NCBI GenBank assembly: GCA_021287065.1
Contig: JAJTBE010000082.1
Location: 781 to 64,780, forward strand
From: Bacillota bacterium
GTDB taxonomy: Bacteria > Vulcanimicrobiota > JAJTBE01
DNA: 64,000 bases
Direction: 5' to 3'
Below, one piece after another: positions 38,984 to 47,596 of the stretch. Under the pieces are notes generated by a model that was given only the letters and a program-made list of their open reading frames with translations, was not told the DNA's origin and ran no database searches. Numbering within the stretch: the stretch's first letter is position 1; every line of letters begins with the position of its first letter. A program made the position numbers and the translations under genes.

Positions 38984-40324
38984 CTATTTGAACTGACTTT
39001 TCTGATAAATTTCCATTTCAGGATGAAGTCCGGAAATATCGTGCCTCGCTTTAAGGTTTGATCTCCTGACAACTTCTTTCATAATATGATCCCAGCCTTC
39101 CAGATTTTCCGTAAAGCTGAAATCCCCTTCAAGAGTAACAATGTTCAGTTCCTTATACTTCCGGGAGAGGTTCAGTTCAAGGGCGAATATATCCTCCCAC
39201 AACACCTGTATATCGGCATTCTTCCCGCTGTATTTCACACCGGAGGGAAAAATCCTTATATAGTTGATTTTTCTTCTGCTTCCATGAACATTAATCAGAA
39301 TAAGCACCATTGCAAAAATAAAAACCAACGCCGGAATGAACATCCCCGACCAGGGATAAATCATATACGAAATGACTGCCGCAAATACAGAAGCTCCTGA
39401 TGAAGCGATAATATCAAGGAGGGTGAAGCTGTATTCACCAAGCTTCACATGTGAAAACTCCAGCTCAGGTTTTTCCTTCTGGCAGAAATCCTCCCTCTTC
39501 CCCATTCTGCTGCGGTACGATTTGAACTTATTCCTCAGCTTGGGCAGTTTAAAAAGAGAATGCCTGAATTCGGAAATAGACTGGTATCTTTTTGCAGGCT
39601 CAAGGTTAAGGCCCTTCATAACAAAACTGCTCAGCTCTCCATCTATGGACTTGTCTATTTTTTTCGGCTCGTCAAATCTGAAAGCAGAACTGACCGGATC
39701 TTTTCCCGTAAGCATCTGATGCATAAGAACACACATTGAATAAATATCAGAACGGGCATCAGTCTGAGGCTTTTCATAAGCTTCCGGCGGTGCATACCCC
39801 GGGGTGCCAAGGGCTACGGTATCATCTTCCTTTTCAGGGGAAAAAATACGGGAAATTCCAAAATCCACAAGATAAATCCGCTCATCCGGAGTCATAATGA
39901 TATTTTCAGGCTTCAGGTCCCGATAAATAATATTGTGGCGGTGCAGATACTCCAGAACATCACAAAGCTGGATAATCACCTTAACAACCTTATCAGGCTG
40001 CATACCTGCCATACCCGGCTGAAGCTGTTCTCCCCTGATGTAATCCTCAACCAGAAAAAACTGATTGTTCTCCTCAAAAAAATCGTATGCTGTGGGAATA
40101 TTGGGATGGTGAAGGGATGCAAGTATCTTAAACTCCTGCTGGAAAGAATACAGATAATCCCTTATCTGGTTTGCATCCCTGGTGAGGAGAAGTTTTTTTA
40201 CAACAACGGCATAACCGGAATTTTTAAGATCAGCGGCAATGAAAACTTCACTCATGCCGCCGGTTCCGATTATATCATTAATCTCGTATCTCTGACGAAG
40301 TATATCGCCTTTATTCATCCGCAA
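38984..40324 (-). CDS. Hanks-type Ser/Thr protein kinase with C-terminal transmembrane anchor and short extracytoplasmic tail
   Basis: Motifs GTGGMSEV, VVVKKL, HRHNIIYRDLKPENI, DFGISR and GTPGYAPPE. TM segment VFAAVISYMIYPWSGMFIPALVFIFAMVLILINV. Confidence 0.8.
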   Translation of the reverse strand: MRMNKGDILRQRYEINDIIGTGGMSEVFIAADLKNSGYAVVVKKLLLTRDANQIRDYLYSFQQEFKILASLHHPNIPTAYDFFEENNQFFLVEDYIRGEQLQPGMAGMQPDKVVKVIIQLCDVLEYLHRHNIIYRDLKPENIIMTPDERIYLVDFGISRIFSPEKEDDTVALGTPGYAPPEAYEKPQTDARSDIYSMCVLMHQMLTGKDPVSSAFRFDEPKKIDKSIDGELSSFVMKGLNLEPAKRYQSISEFRHSLFKLPKLRNKFKSYRSRMGKREDFCQKEKPELEFSHVKLGEYSFTLLDIIASSGASVFAAVISYMIYPWSGMFIPALVFIFAMVLILINVHGSRRKINYIRIFPSGVKYSGKNADIQVLWEDIFALELNLSRKYKELNIVTLEGDFSFTENLEGWDHIMKEVVRRSNLKARHDISGLHPEMEIYQKSQFK

Positions 40325-40326
40325 TC

Positions 40327-41091
40327 TCAGGAAAAATTATGTCTGTTGGCATAGTCAACGGAAAACTGCCATGAAGTCTCATCATCTATATCTATGGTGA
40401 TTCCGGGATCACAGCCCCTTATGGCGGCGCATCTGCCTCCCATTATCTTTTCCACTCTTTTGAGAATATCTGTTAGGCTGCACTGCCCGAGAAGAAACTT
40501 AACTACAATCCCCCACCCCAGCAGACTTGCCATTGCAAATGCACTTTTGCGGGAATTAAAGGATTTGCCTATCTGCTCGATTCTCTCTATGCAAGCTTCC
40601 GTTTCAAGGCGCAGAATAGCCCCGCCGGTATAATGACCGTCTTTCAGCTTGATATAGGAAGGAACGCCGGGCCTGATAACGGGATCGATTTCGTTCTGCT
40701 CATAAACAGGATAACAAATCAATGCATCCTCAGGACATCTTTCCACAAATCCCCTGACCGAATCCGCAGTGATAAAAGGCAAATCAGAGTTGCACAGCAG
40801 AACATGCTTTTCTCCGCTGAAGTATTTCAACCCTTTCAGGATGTTTTCCACACCATCGGCATCCGCAGAAATAAAATCGTCGGCTCCCCTGACATCAGAA
40901 CTTTTCTTTACTTCTTCAGGGGCAACAACAACAATCTTACCAACGGAACCGCTCTCAATCAGCGCATATATTGCACGCTGAATCAGGGATTTGCCGTTAA
41001 TCTTAATCATAGCTTTTATATCGGTGCCGGCTTTACTGGCGAAATCACCGCTGATTCTCCCGCCTGCCGTTATGTAAGCGTGATACTTCAT
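40327..41091 (-). CDS. MobA-like NTP-transferase (nucleotidyltransferase) domain protein
   Basis: N-terminus YITAGGRISGDFASKAG...IKINGKSLIQ and LLCNSDLPFITADSV are typical of the MobA/MocA/CofC-type NTP_transf_3 fold. Confidence 0.55.
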   Translation of the reverse strand: MKYHAYITAGGRISGDFASKAGTDIKAMIKINGKSLIQRAIYALIESGSVGKIVVVAPEEVKKSSDVRGADDFISADADGVENILKGLKYFSGEKHVLLCNSDLPFITADSVRGFVERCPEDALICYPVYEQNEIDPVIRPGVPSYIKLKDGHYTGGAILRLETEACIERIEQIGKSFNSRKSAFAMASLLGWGIVVKFLLGQCSLTDILKRVEKIMGGRCAAIRGCDPGITIDIDDETSWQFSVDYANRHNFS

Positions 41092-41257
41092 ATCAGGTCT
41101 CCACAGGGAATTTCCGTAGTTTTCTATTCATCCATATTTATTCCTTTACAAAGTATAATTGGAACAAAGCAATAAATATCAGATGAAAGGACTTCGCCGG
41201 ACAAATATCTAACTTATCATGCATTCCGGAAAAACGAGCATTGAGAGGTAAGATTCT

Positions 41258-42022
41258 ATGGACGCACTGAAAAATATTATTCCCGAAATGATCGAAGAAT
41301 GGGAAGAAATGCAGGACTCATACTATCCTGACAGGCAGCAGCTCTATGGTTTTATGACATCTATCATCCCAAGACTCACCGGAGTTGAAAAAGTTCTTGA
41401 TATATGCACAGGAGTAGGAAGCCTGAGTAAAAAAATACTTGAAGGGCTTCCGGGTGCAAATGTTACGGGTATAGATTTTGATGACATAATGCTTGAAATG
41501 GCAAAGGAAAATCTGAAAGAATTTGAAGATTATTTTACCCCCGTAAAGAAAAATCTCTGGGAACCGGACTGGTACAGCGATCTACCCGGAGATTTCGATG
41601 TTGTGGTGTCATCTTACGCTATCCACATCCTGCCGGAAAACAGACGACAGGAAATTTACGCCGATGTATGCGGACTTCTCAGAAAAGGCGGATTTTTCAT
41701 TTGCCTGGACGAAGTAAAGAGTTCCCTTGCAGAATTCGATAATATATGCTCTGATGCCCTTTCCCGGTTCAGACAGGGCGCAGGAAACAGGGAACTATCC
41801 GCAGACTGGAGCAACTACTGGAACAGAGTGGGCAAAAAGCTGGGATCCAGCAACTATTCTCAGGAACTGCTCAAAACAACATACCCGGACGGAACCGATA
41901 CTATGGGAACCCTGTATGATCAGCTCACATTGCTTGGTCAGTCGGGATTCTCCGATGTGGAATGCTTCTACAGAGATCTCTCCATCGCAATTTACGGAGG
42001 CATGAAAGCAGAAGAAAAATAA
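41258..42022 (+). CDS. class I SAM-dependent methyltransferase
   Basis: Motif I VLDICTGVGSLS. Post-I acidic residue (TGIDFDD). Motif II VVVSSYAIH. Confidence 0.7.
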   Translation: MDALKNIIPEMIEEWEEMQDSYYPDRQQLYGFMTSIIPRLTGVEKVLDICTGVGSLSKKILEGLPGANVTGIDFDDIMLEMAKENLKEFEDYFTPVKKNLWEPDWYSDLPGDFDVVVSSYAIHILPENRRQEIYADVCGLLRKGGFFICLDEVKSSLAEFDNICSDALSRFRQGAGNRELSADWSNYWNRVGKKLGSSNYSQELLKTTYPDGTDTMGTLYDQLTLLGQSGFSDVECFYRDLSIAIYGGMKAEEK

Positions 42023-42109
42023 CCGGGAGGATATAATCCGGTAATCATAGAATATGGGGGCAAATTTGACGACATATTAGTTGAATATTCCCTTCAACGG
42101 AGGTTATTA

Positions 42110-42904
42110 ATGAAAAAACACAAAATCGGACTGGCACTGGCGCTCTTTTTTATTATTGCCGCTTTTTACGCAACCGGCTGTAAAAACGAAGCTCCGGCTG
42201 ACTATTTCCCCATCGGAGTCGGCAGCTACTGGGAGTATATGGCTTACACCACATATCCCACAGGCATTGCACAGATTTCAAAAGACATCTATGTAGTCGG
42301 CGGACAGGAGATGGTAGGCGATCAGGAATGTTACCGCATCGATTACTTCACACTCCAGAACGGTACTCCCTCAGTAGCTAACTACAGAGAATTTCTCGCC
42401 AAAACAAAGGACGGAATTTTCTGCAACAAAAGAGCTTTCCCCCTTCTTCAGTACCCGGCAATCGACTGGGAACTTCGCAACAGCCCCGGTGAACCCCGTT
42501 TCAAAACCGGAATGAAAGACGGAGATACCTGGAAATGGGAAGGCTTCGTTACACTTCAGCCCGAATCAACACCTGCACCGGCATCAACTCCAGGCAGCAG
42601 TGCAACCAGCACAACGGGCAACCAGAAACAGACAAAGTTCATACAAATCAAAGGCAAATTCGATTACGAATACAAAGGCAAAGAACAGCTTACCATTCTT
42701 GACAGAAAGATGGATTGCATAAAAATCTATGTCCACGCCGTAAGCGAAGACAAACAGGAATATGAACGTTTTATATGGTACGCTCCGGGAATCGGAAAAG
42801 TCAGAGAAGAAACCACTTTCTACAAGGGCAGCGATGTAATCAAAACCCTGCTTGAACTGTCAAGCTACAACATCACCAACCGGGAGATGTTCAAAAAGAA
42901 GTGA
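42110..42904 (+). CDS. lipoprotein, hypothetical
   Basis: MKKHKIGLALALFFIIAAFYATGC lipobox. Good AGGTT RBS region. Confidence 0.55.
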   Translation: MKKHKIGLALALFFIIAAFYATGCKNEAPADYFPIGVGSYWEYMAYTTYPTGIAQISKDIYVVGGQEMVGDQECYRIDYFTLQNGTPSVANYREFLAKTKDGIFCNKRAFPLLQYPAIDWELRNSPGEPRFKTGMKDGDTWKWEGFVTLQPESTPAPASTPGSSATSTTGNQKQTKFIQIKGKFDYEYKGKEQLTILDRKMDCIKIYVHAVSEDKQEYERFIWYAPGIGKVREETTFYKGSDVIKTLLELSSYNITNREMFKKK

Positions 42905-44367
42905 GAAACGATAAATCATTCCACATAATCACCCTTGGCTGTCCCAAGAACACAGTCGATGCTGAAAACATGACTGCAGTCCTTGAAAATGCCGGATATC
43001 AGGAAGAGGGAGACCCCTCAGAGGCTGATGTCATTATAGTAAACACCTGCTGCTTCATTCTGCCCGCAAAGCAGGAAGCAGTGGACACCATATACGAAGC
43101 CGCCGGAATTACCCAGGAAACCGGCGGCAAACTTATTGTTACAGGTTGCATGCCCCAGCGTTACAAAGACGAGCTGGCAGACGAATTTGTGGAAGTGGAC
43201 TCATGGATGGGTCTCGAAAATCTGGAAGAGATCGTACCCGTAGTAAAAGAAACCCTCGAAGGCAAAAAAGTCAGAAAGTTTTACGGTGAAACACCCTCAA
43301 AACAGATCGAACTGCCGAGAAAAGTTTCCACACCTTCACATTATGCATACCTGAAAATAGCCGAAGGCTGCTCCCATGCCTGTTCATTCTGCGTTATCCC
43401 CCAAATCAGGGGCAAATACCGCTCCCTTCCCATGGAAGATGCAGTGGAAAGCGCAACAAAGCTCGTAACCGCAGGACATAAGGAAATCATCCTCATTGCC
43501 CAGGATACAACCCTTTACGGACTTGATATCTACGGCAGAAAGATGCTCCCAGAACTCCTCAAAAAGCTGGCAGGCATAGAAGGACTCAACTGGCTCAGAC
43601 TTATGTACGCTTATCCCACATCCCTTGATGACGAAGTTCTCAGAACCATCGCATCAGAAGAAAAAATCTGCAAATATCTGGACATACCCCTTCAGCACTC
43701 ACATCCGGAAGTTCTGAAGAAAATGGGCAGACCCTTCGCAGAAAAAGATACAGTGGGACTCATCGAACGCATAAGAAACATCATCCCCGATGTTACCCTC
43801 AGAACAGCCTTTATCACCGGACACCCCGGAGAAACACCGGCAAGATTCGAACATCTTATGGATTTTGTGGAACAAATGAGATTCCATAATGTGGGCGTTT
43901 TCACCTATTCAGCGGAAGAAGGCAGCCAAAGCGCAGAGTTTAAAACCAGACCCTCAGGTGCAGAAGCTGAAAGACGCAGGGAAAAGCTAATGCAGCTTCA
44001 GCAGGGCATTTCTGCAGAACTGCGCTCACAGAAAGTGGGAAAAGTTATCCCCGCAGTTTGCGACAGCATCATCGGAAACGGAAAGAGAATGACCGATCTG
44101 ATTGAAGAAGCTGCTGCAAAAGCCAGAGAATCAGGAGAAAGCGTAAACTTTGAGGAAGACGGATTCCTTATCGACATAAGCGGAGAGGAAACCATCATTT
44201 CTTCACACATACCCGCAGGCACAACAGCTATCGGCAGAACCATAAACGACGCCCCGGAAATCGACAGCGTTCTCTTTATAAAAGGCGAACCGCCCAAAGC
44301 AGGAGAATTCTTCAATGCTTCCATAACCGGCGCAGATGTCTATGACCTGACAGGAGAAAAAGCCTGA
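42901..44367 (+). CDS. rimO: ribosomal protein S12 methylthiotransferase RimO (MiaB-family radical SAM)
   Basis: GTG start overlapping the upstream stop. N-terminus ITLGCPKNTVDAENM (UPF0004). CSHACSFCVIPQIRGKYRS radical SAM motif. TRAM-like C-terminus. Confidence 0.8.
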   Translation: MRNDKSFHIITLGCPKNTVDAENMTAVLENAGYQEEGDPSEADVIIVNTCCFILPAKQEAVDTIYEAAGITQETGGKLIVTGCMPQRYKDELADEFVEVDSWMGLENLEEIVPVVKETLEGKKVRKFYGETPSKQIELPRKVSTPSHYAYLKIAEGCSHACSFCVIPQIRGKYRSLPMEDAVESATKLVTAGHKEIILIAQDTTLYGLDIYGRKMLPELLKKLAGIEGLNWLRLMYAYPTSLDDEVLRTIASEEKICKYLDIPLQHSHPEVLKKMGRPFAEKDTVGLIERIRNIIPDVTLRTAFITGHPGETPARFEHLMDFVEQMRFHNVGVFTYSAEEGSQSAEFKTRPSGAEAERRREKLMQLQQGISAELRSQKVGKVIPAVCDSIIGNGKRMTDLIEEAAAKARESGESVNFEEDGFLIDISGEETIISSHIPAGTTAIGRTINDAPEIDSVLFIKGEPPKAGEFFNASITGADVYDLTGEKA

Positions 44368-44483
44368 GGAACTGAAAATGATTCCATAATAAAGGAATTG
44401 CATAAACCGGCATTCCCATACAGGAGTGCCGGTTTTTTAACAGAATAGACAAAAAAAAGACTGGAAAGAAAAGACCGTATAGC

Positions 44484-45662
44484 ATGTTTACATTGTGGAA
44501 AGACGAGAAAGACAGAAAATACATAATAACAATAATAGTGATAATGCTCTGCCTGAAAATGCTGGGCGCCATATTTGTCAACTATTATGCATACAACGGA
44601 AAAACAAGGGAAGGCTTAATATTCCGGAATAGCGACATTATCACACAAAGCAAAGTTTCGCCTACTGTTCTTGCCCTTGGATACCATTGGGATTCAATCC
44701 ACTATGTTAACACATCCCAAATGTGGGAAAAGCACTTCAAAACCGCAGGCCAGCTCAGAAACGCAGCTTACCTCTACCCGCTCATGATTGCAGGAGTTTC
44801 AAAAGTTACAGGAAACCCCATCCTCAGTGCCGTCCTTCTATCCAATCTGTTTTCTATAATGGCGGTTCTTGCTTTATACTGTCTTTGCCGGAATTTCACA
44901 TCACGATTCAAAAGCCTTGCCGCAGCTCTGCTTTTAATGACATATCCGGCATTTTTCGCATCCGGACTCCTCGATTACTCGGAACCTGCATATATTTTCT
45001 TTGCCATAATCTCATGGTATTTCTTCGAAAAGGATAGGTATGCTCTATCCGCCCTGTTCTGCGGCTTTGCCCTCTGCACAAGGGTTTCAGGAATCATTCT
45101 TCTTGCAGTGTATGTTCTGGTCTTTATTCTCAGAGTTTTCAAAGAATCAAACACAAACCGCAGACTGGTTCTCCCTCCTGCAGGGATCCTGTTTTATGCC
45201 ATTCCCGTAATATTTCTTCTTCTCCAGACGCTGGCGACTAAACATTTCGTTCTGGCTACAGGTATAAGAACAGAGTCCTTCAACGGCTTCCTCCCCGCAT
45301 TAAAGGGCCACTTCACACCGGTATCTATGCCCTTTGACCAGCTTCAGTATTTTAAGGACAACACGGGACAGGGCCTCGAAATGTATATGTATATAATCCC
45401 TGCTTTCATTCTCGGCATATATCTGAGAAAAATCAGACCGGGCCTGACAGTGTATATCTGCACGGCTCTCCTCGCTGTAATCTGCATATCCTCGGAAGAA
45501 GTATTCAGAGCATTTCCAAGACATCTTCTCAACGCCTGGCCCATGTTTGTGGCACTTGGAGATCTCCTGACAAACAGATGGATCCTCGCCACAGTATGCA
45601 CATTCTTCTTCATCGGGGGCTTAAAATTGCTGGACTTCTACTTTACCTGCTGTTATATCTAA
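44484..45662 (+). CDS. polytopic membrane protein, possible GT-C-type glycosyltransferase
   Basis: About 10 TM helices. General resemblance to the membrane domain of 47597..49861. Start codon uncertain. Confidence 0.4.
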   Translation: MFTLWKDEKDRKYIITIIVIMLCLKMLGAIFVNYYAYNGKTREGLIFRNSDIITQSKVSPTVLALGYHWDSIHYVNTSQMWEKHFKTAGQLRNAAYLYPLMIAGVSKVTGNPILSAVLLSNLFSIMAVLALYCLCRNFTSRFKSLAAALLLMTYPAFFASGLLDYSEPAYIFFAIISWYFFEKDRYALSALFCGFALCTRVSGIILLAVYVLVFILRVFKESNTNRRLVLPPAGILFYAIPVIFLLLQTLATKHFVLATGIRTESFNGFLPALKGHFTPVSMPFDQLQYFKDNTGQGLEMYMYIIPAFILGIYLRKIRPGLTVYICTALLAVICISSEEVFRAFPRHLLNAWPMFVALGDLLTNRWILATVCTFFFIGGLKLLDFYFTCCYI

Positions 45663-45695
45663 TGCCGCCAGCATCCTGCAGACATAGGTAAATCC

Positions 45696-45977
45696 CAATA
45701 CCACAGAATTAGTAAAAACCACACCAATCCCAAATTTTCTTGTTTTTCAAGGAGGGAGGTTCGGAGGGTAACCTCGCTTTTCCCAAAAAGCGTGGTTACA
45801 TCTGACTGTCCCCAACTCCCTGTCGATCCAACTCCCCCCGGTCGGTCCCCCAATTCAAAAGTTTTGGGAAGGAGGTCCGGAGGAAACTTTTTTCAAAAAG
45901 TTTTCTCTGGGAGCTGGGCAAACGGTTATAATTCTTGTGAGCGATCAGACAAATCCATGCCTTAATTCATGGGCATT
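45696..45977 (+). repeat. MITE-like repeat copy 5, flanked by 10-bp direct repeat aggtaaatcc
   Basis: taggtaaatcc|caataccacagaattagtaaaaacc......aattcatgggcatt|gaggtaaatcc. Confidence 0.8.
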
Positions 45978-46039
45978 GAGGTAAATCCGGGCTATAAATA
46001 CTTGTGATATTCTTTTAATGGCAAGCGTTTAGCCCACAA

Positions 46040-46287
46040 AAACCTCACGCCAACTGCTAGCAAACCGCATAGCCACACCCCCCCGCCAACGACTGCCGGA
46101 TCGCAGGCGTCCCACCTGTCCCCCGGTCCCACAACCCAACGCCAACCGCCAGCAAAGCCAATAACCACAAACCCCCGCCAACGACTGCCGGATCGCAGGC
46201 GTCCCGCCTGTCCCCCGGTCCCACAACCCAACGCCAACCGCCAGCAACCCCCATAACCACAAGCTCCGCCAACAACCGCCTGCCCCA
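46040..46287. repeat. 93-bp tandem repeat (~2.7 units); a further unit fragment lies at 46581-46630 beyond MITE copy 6
   Basis: Unit ccgccaacgactgccggatcgcaggcgtccc(a/g)cctgtcccccggtcccacaacccaacgccaaccgccagcaa... starts at 46083 and again at 46176. Confidence 0.75.
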
Positions 46288-46580
46288 AATGCCACTGAAT
46301 CAGGAAATATTCACTCAAATCCACAGTCAAATACTCTTGTTTTTCAAGGGAGGAGGTTCGGAGGATACCTCGCTTTTCCAAAAAAGCGTGGTATCCTCTG
46401 ATGGTCCCCAAACCCCGGTCGGTCCAAATCCCCCCGGTCCCTGGTCGGTCCCCCAATTCAAAAGTTTTGGGATGGAGGTCCAGAGGAAACTTTTTTCAAA
46501 AAGTTTTCTCTGGGAACTGGGCAAACGGTTATAATTCTCGTGAGCGATCAGATAAATCCATGCCTTAATTAATTGGCATT
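46288..46580 (+). repeat. MITE-like repeat copy 6, inserted within the 93-bp tandem array
   Basis: aatgccactgaatcaggaaatattcac...ttcaagggaggaggttcggagg...ccttaattaattggcatt. Tandem-repeat sequence resumes immediately after (acacctgtcccccggtccc...). Confidence 0.8.
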
Positions 46581-46635
46581 ACACCTGTCCCCCGGTCCCT
46601 ACCCTCCGCCAACCGCCAAAAAACCCCAAAATCCC

Positions 46636-47133
46636 CTAATTTTCCTTTACGACGGTGATTTTCACAACTCTGTCCTGCTTTATAAAGAAGAGGATTCCTC
46701 TGTATATCATTTTATAGTCTGGCAGGTTGGTTTGATATGAGTGGACATAGTTTTCCCTGATATAATTTTTTCCCATGGTTTCTTCCACCTGACTAACGGT
46801 GGAGCCTACCTTTATGACTTCTTTCACCTGATAGTTGGGATAATTGACTTCCATTTGGCTAATCTGATCATTTTTGAAGATGAAGTTCAGTCCGAGGTTT
46901 TTATACTGGAGGAGCATATAATTTGCTTTCTTTTCCTCGTCGGGAATAATGAACACTTCGCCGGTGCCATAGACTCTTTCGATATCAGCTTTTGTCATGG
47001 AAATGATAATGGGTCCAACCCTCCAGCCAGGTTCTATTTCTGTTGATTCATCCGCCAGACAAACCCTGCTGCTGCCAAATAACAGGAGAAGTGTAAAAAA
47101 TAACACAACAGCTTTGATTATATCTTTTTTCAT
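46636..47133 (-). CDS. secreted hypothetical protein (165 aa)
   Basis: Start chosen at MKKDIIKAVVLFFTLLLLFGSSRVCLA (signal peptide) with a GGGGG RBS. The longer listed ORF has no RBS. Confidence 0.5.
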   Translation of the reverse strand: MKKDIIKAVVLFFTLLLLFGSSRVCLADESTEIEPGWRVGPIIISMTKADIERVYGTGEVFIIPDEEKKANYMLLQYKNLGLNFIFKNDQISQMEVNYPNYQVKEVIKVGSTVSQVEETMGKNYIRENYVHSYQTNLPDYKMIYRGILFFIKQDRVVKITVVKEN

Positions 47134-47596
47134 AATTTTACCCCCAAAAATTGGTCTGTTAATATTTATATAAACACAAAACCCGGATTTGTCAATTACA
47201 GGAAAAAAATACAAAAGAAATGATTTTCTGTGAAACTTATTACAGATTCGGTTTGTTGTACACGGTGCTTCCCAAATAAACCGACACACCGTTCGGAAGA
47301 CCGGCAATGGAGCTTCCTGCTGTGTCCGGGTTACCATAACATTTCCCTGAACACAGCAGAATGGCTGTTCCGTTTGTCATTACATCCTGTTATGAAAAAT
47401 CGGAAAATAACCGGATATGTTTTGGCATTCGGACAGTCTTCCGGCGGGGTAAAATCAGACAATTACAAATTTAATCATAAAGTTAATCAAGTTACCCGGG
47501 GGCATGCGGGGGTGTAACGAGAGCTGCTGAACGCTTTGGCGACGGCAGCTTTTGTCTTTACTTTGGGCGGCAATTCTGGTATTCTGATTATCAGGT

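Noticed and set aside
45992-46456. 154-aa, 88-aa and 72-aa minus-strand ORFs across the 93-bp tandem repeat
   Set aside because: They are a frame artefact of a C-rich tandem repeat, with a G/R/W-rich product and no start context.
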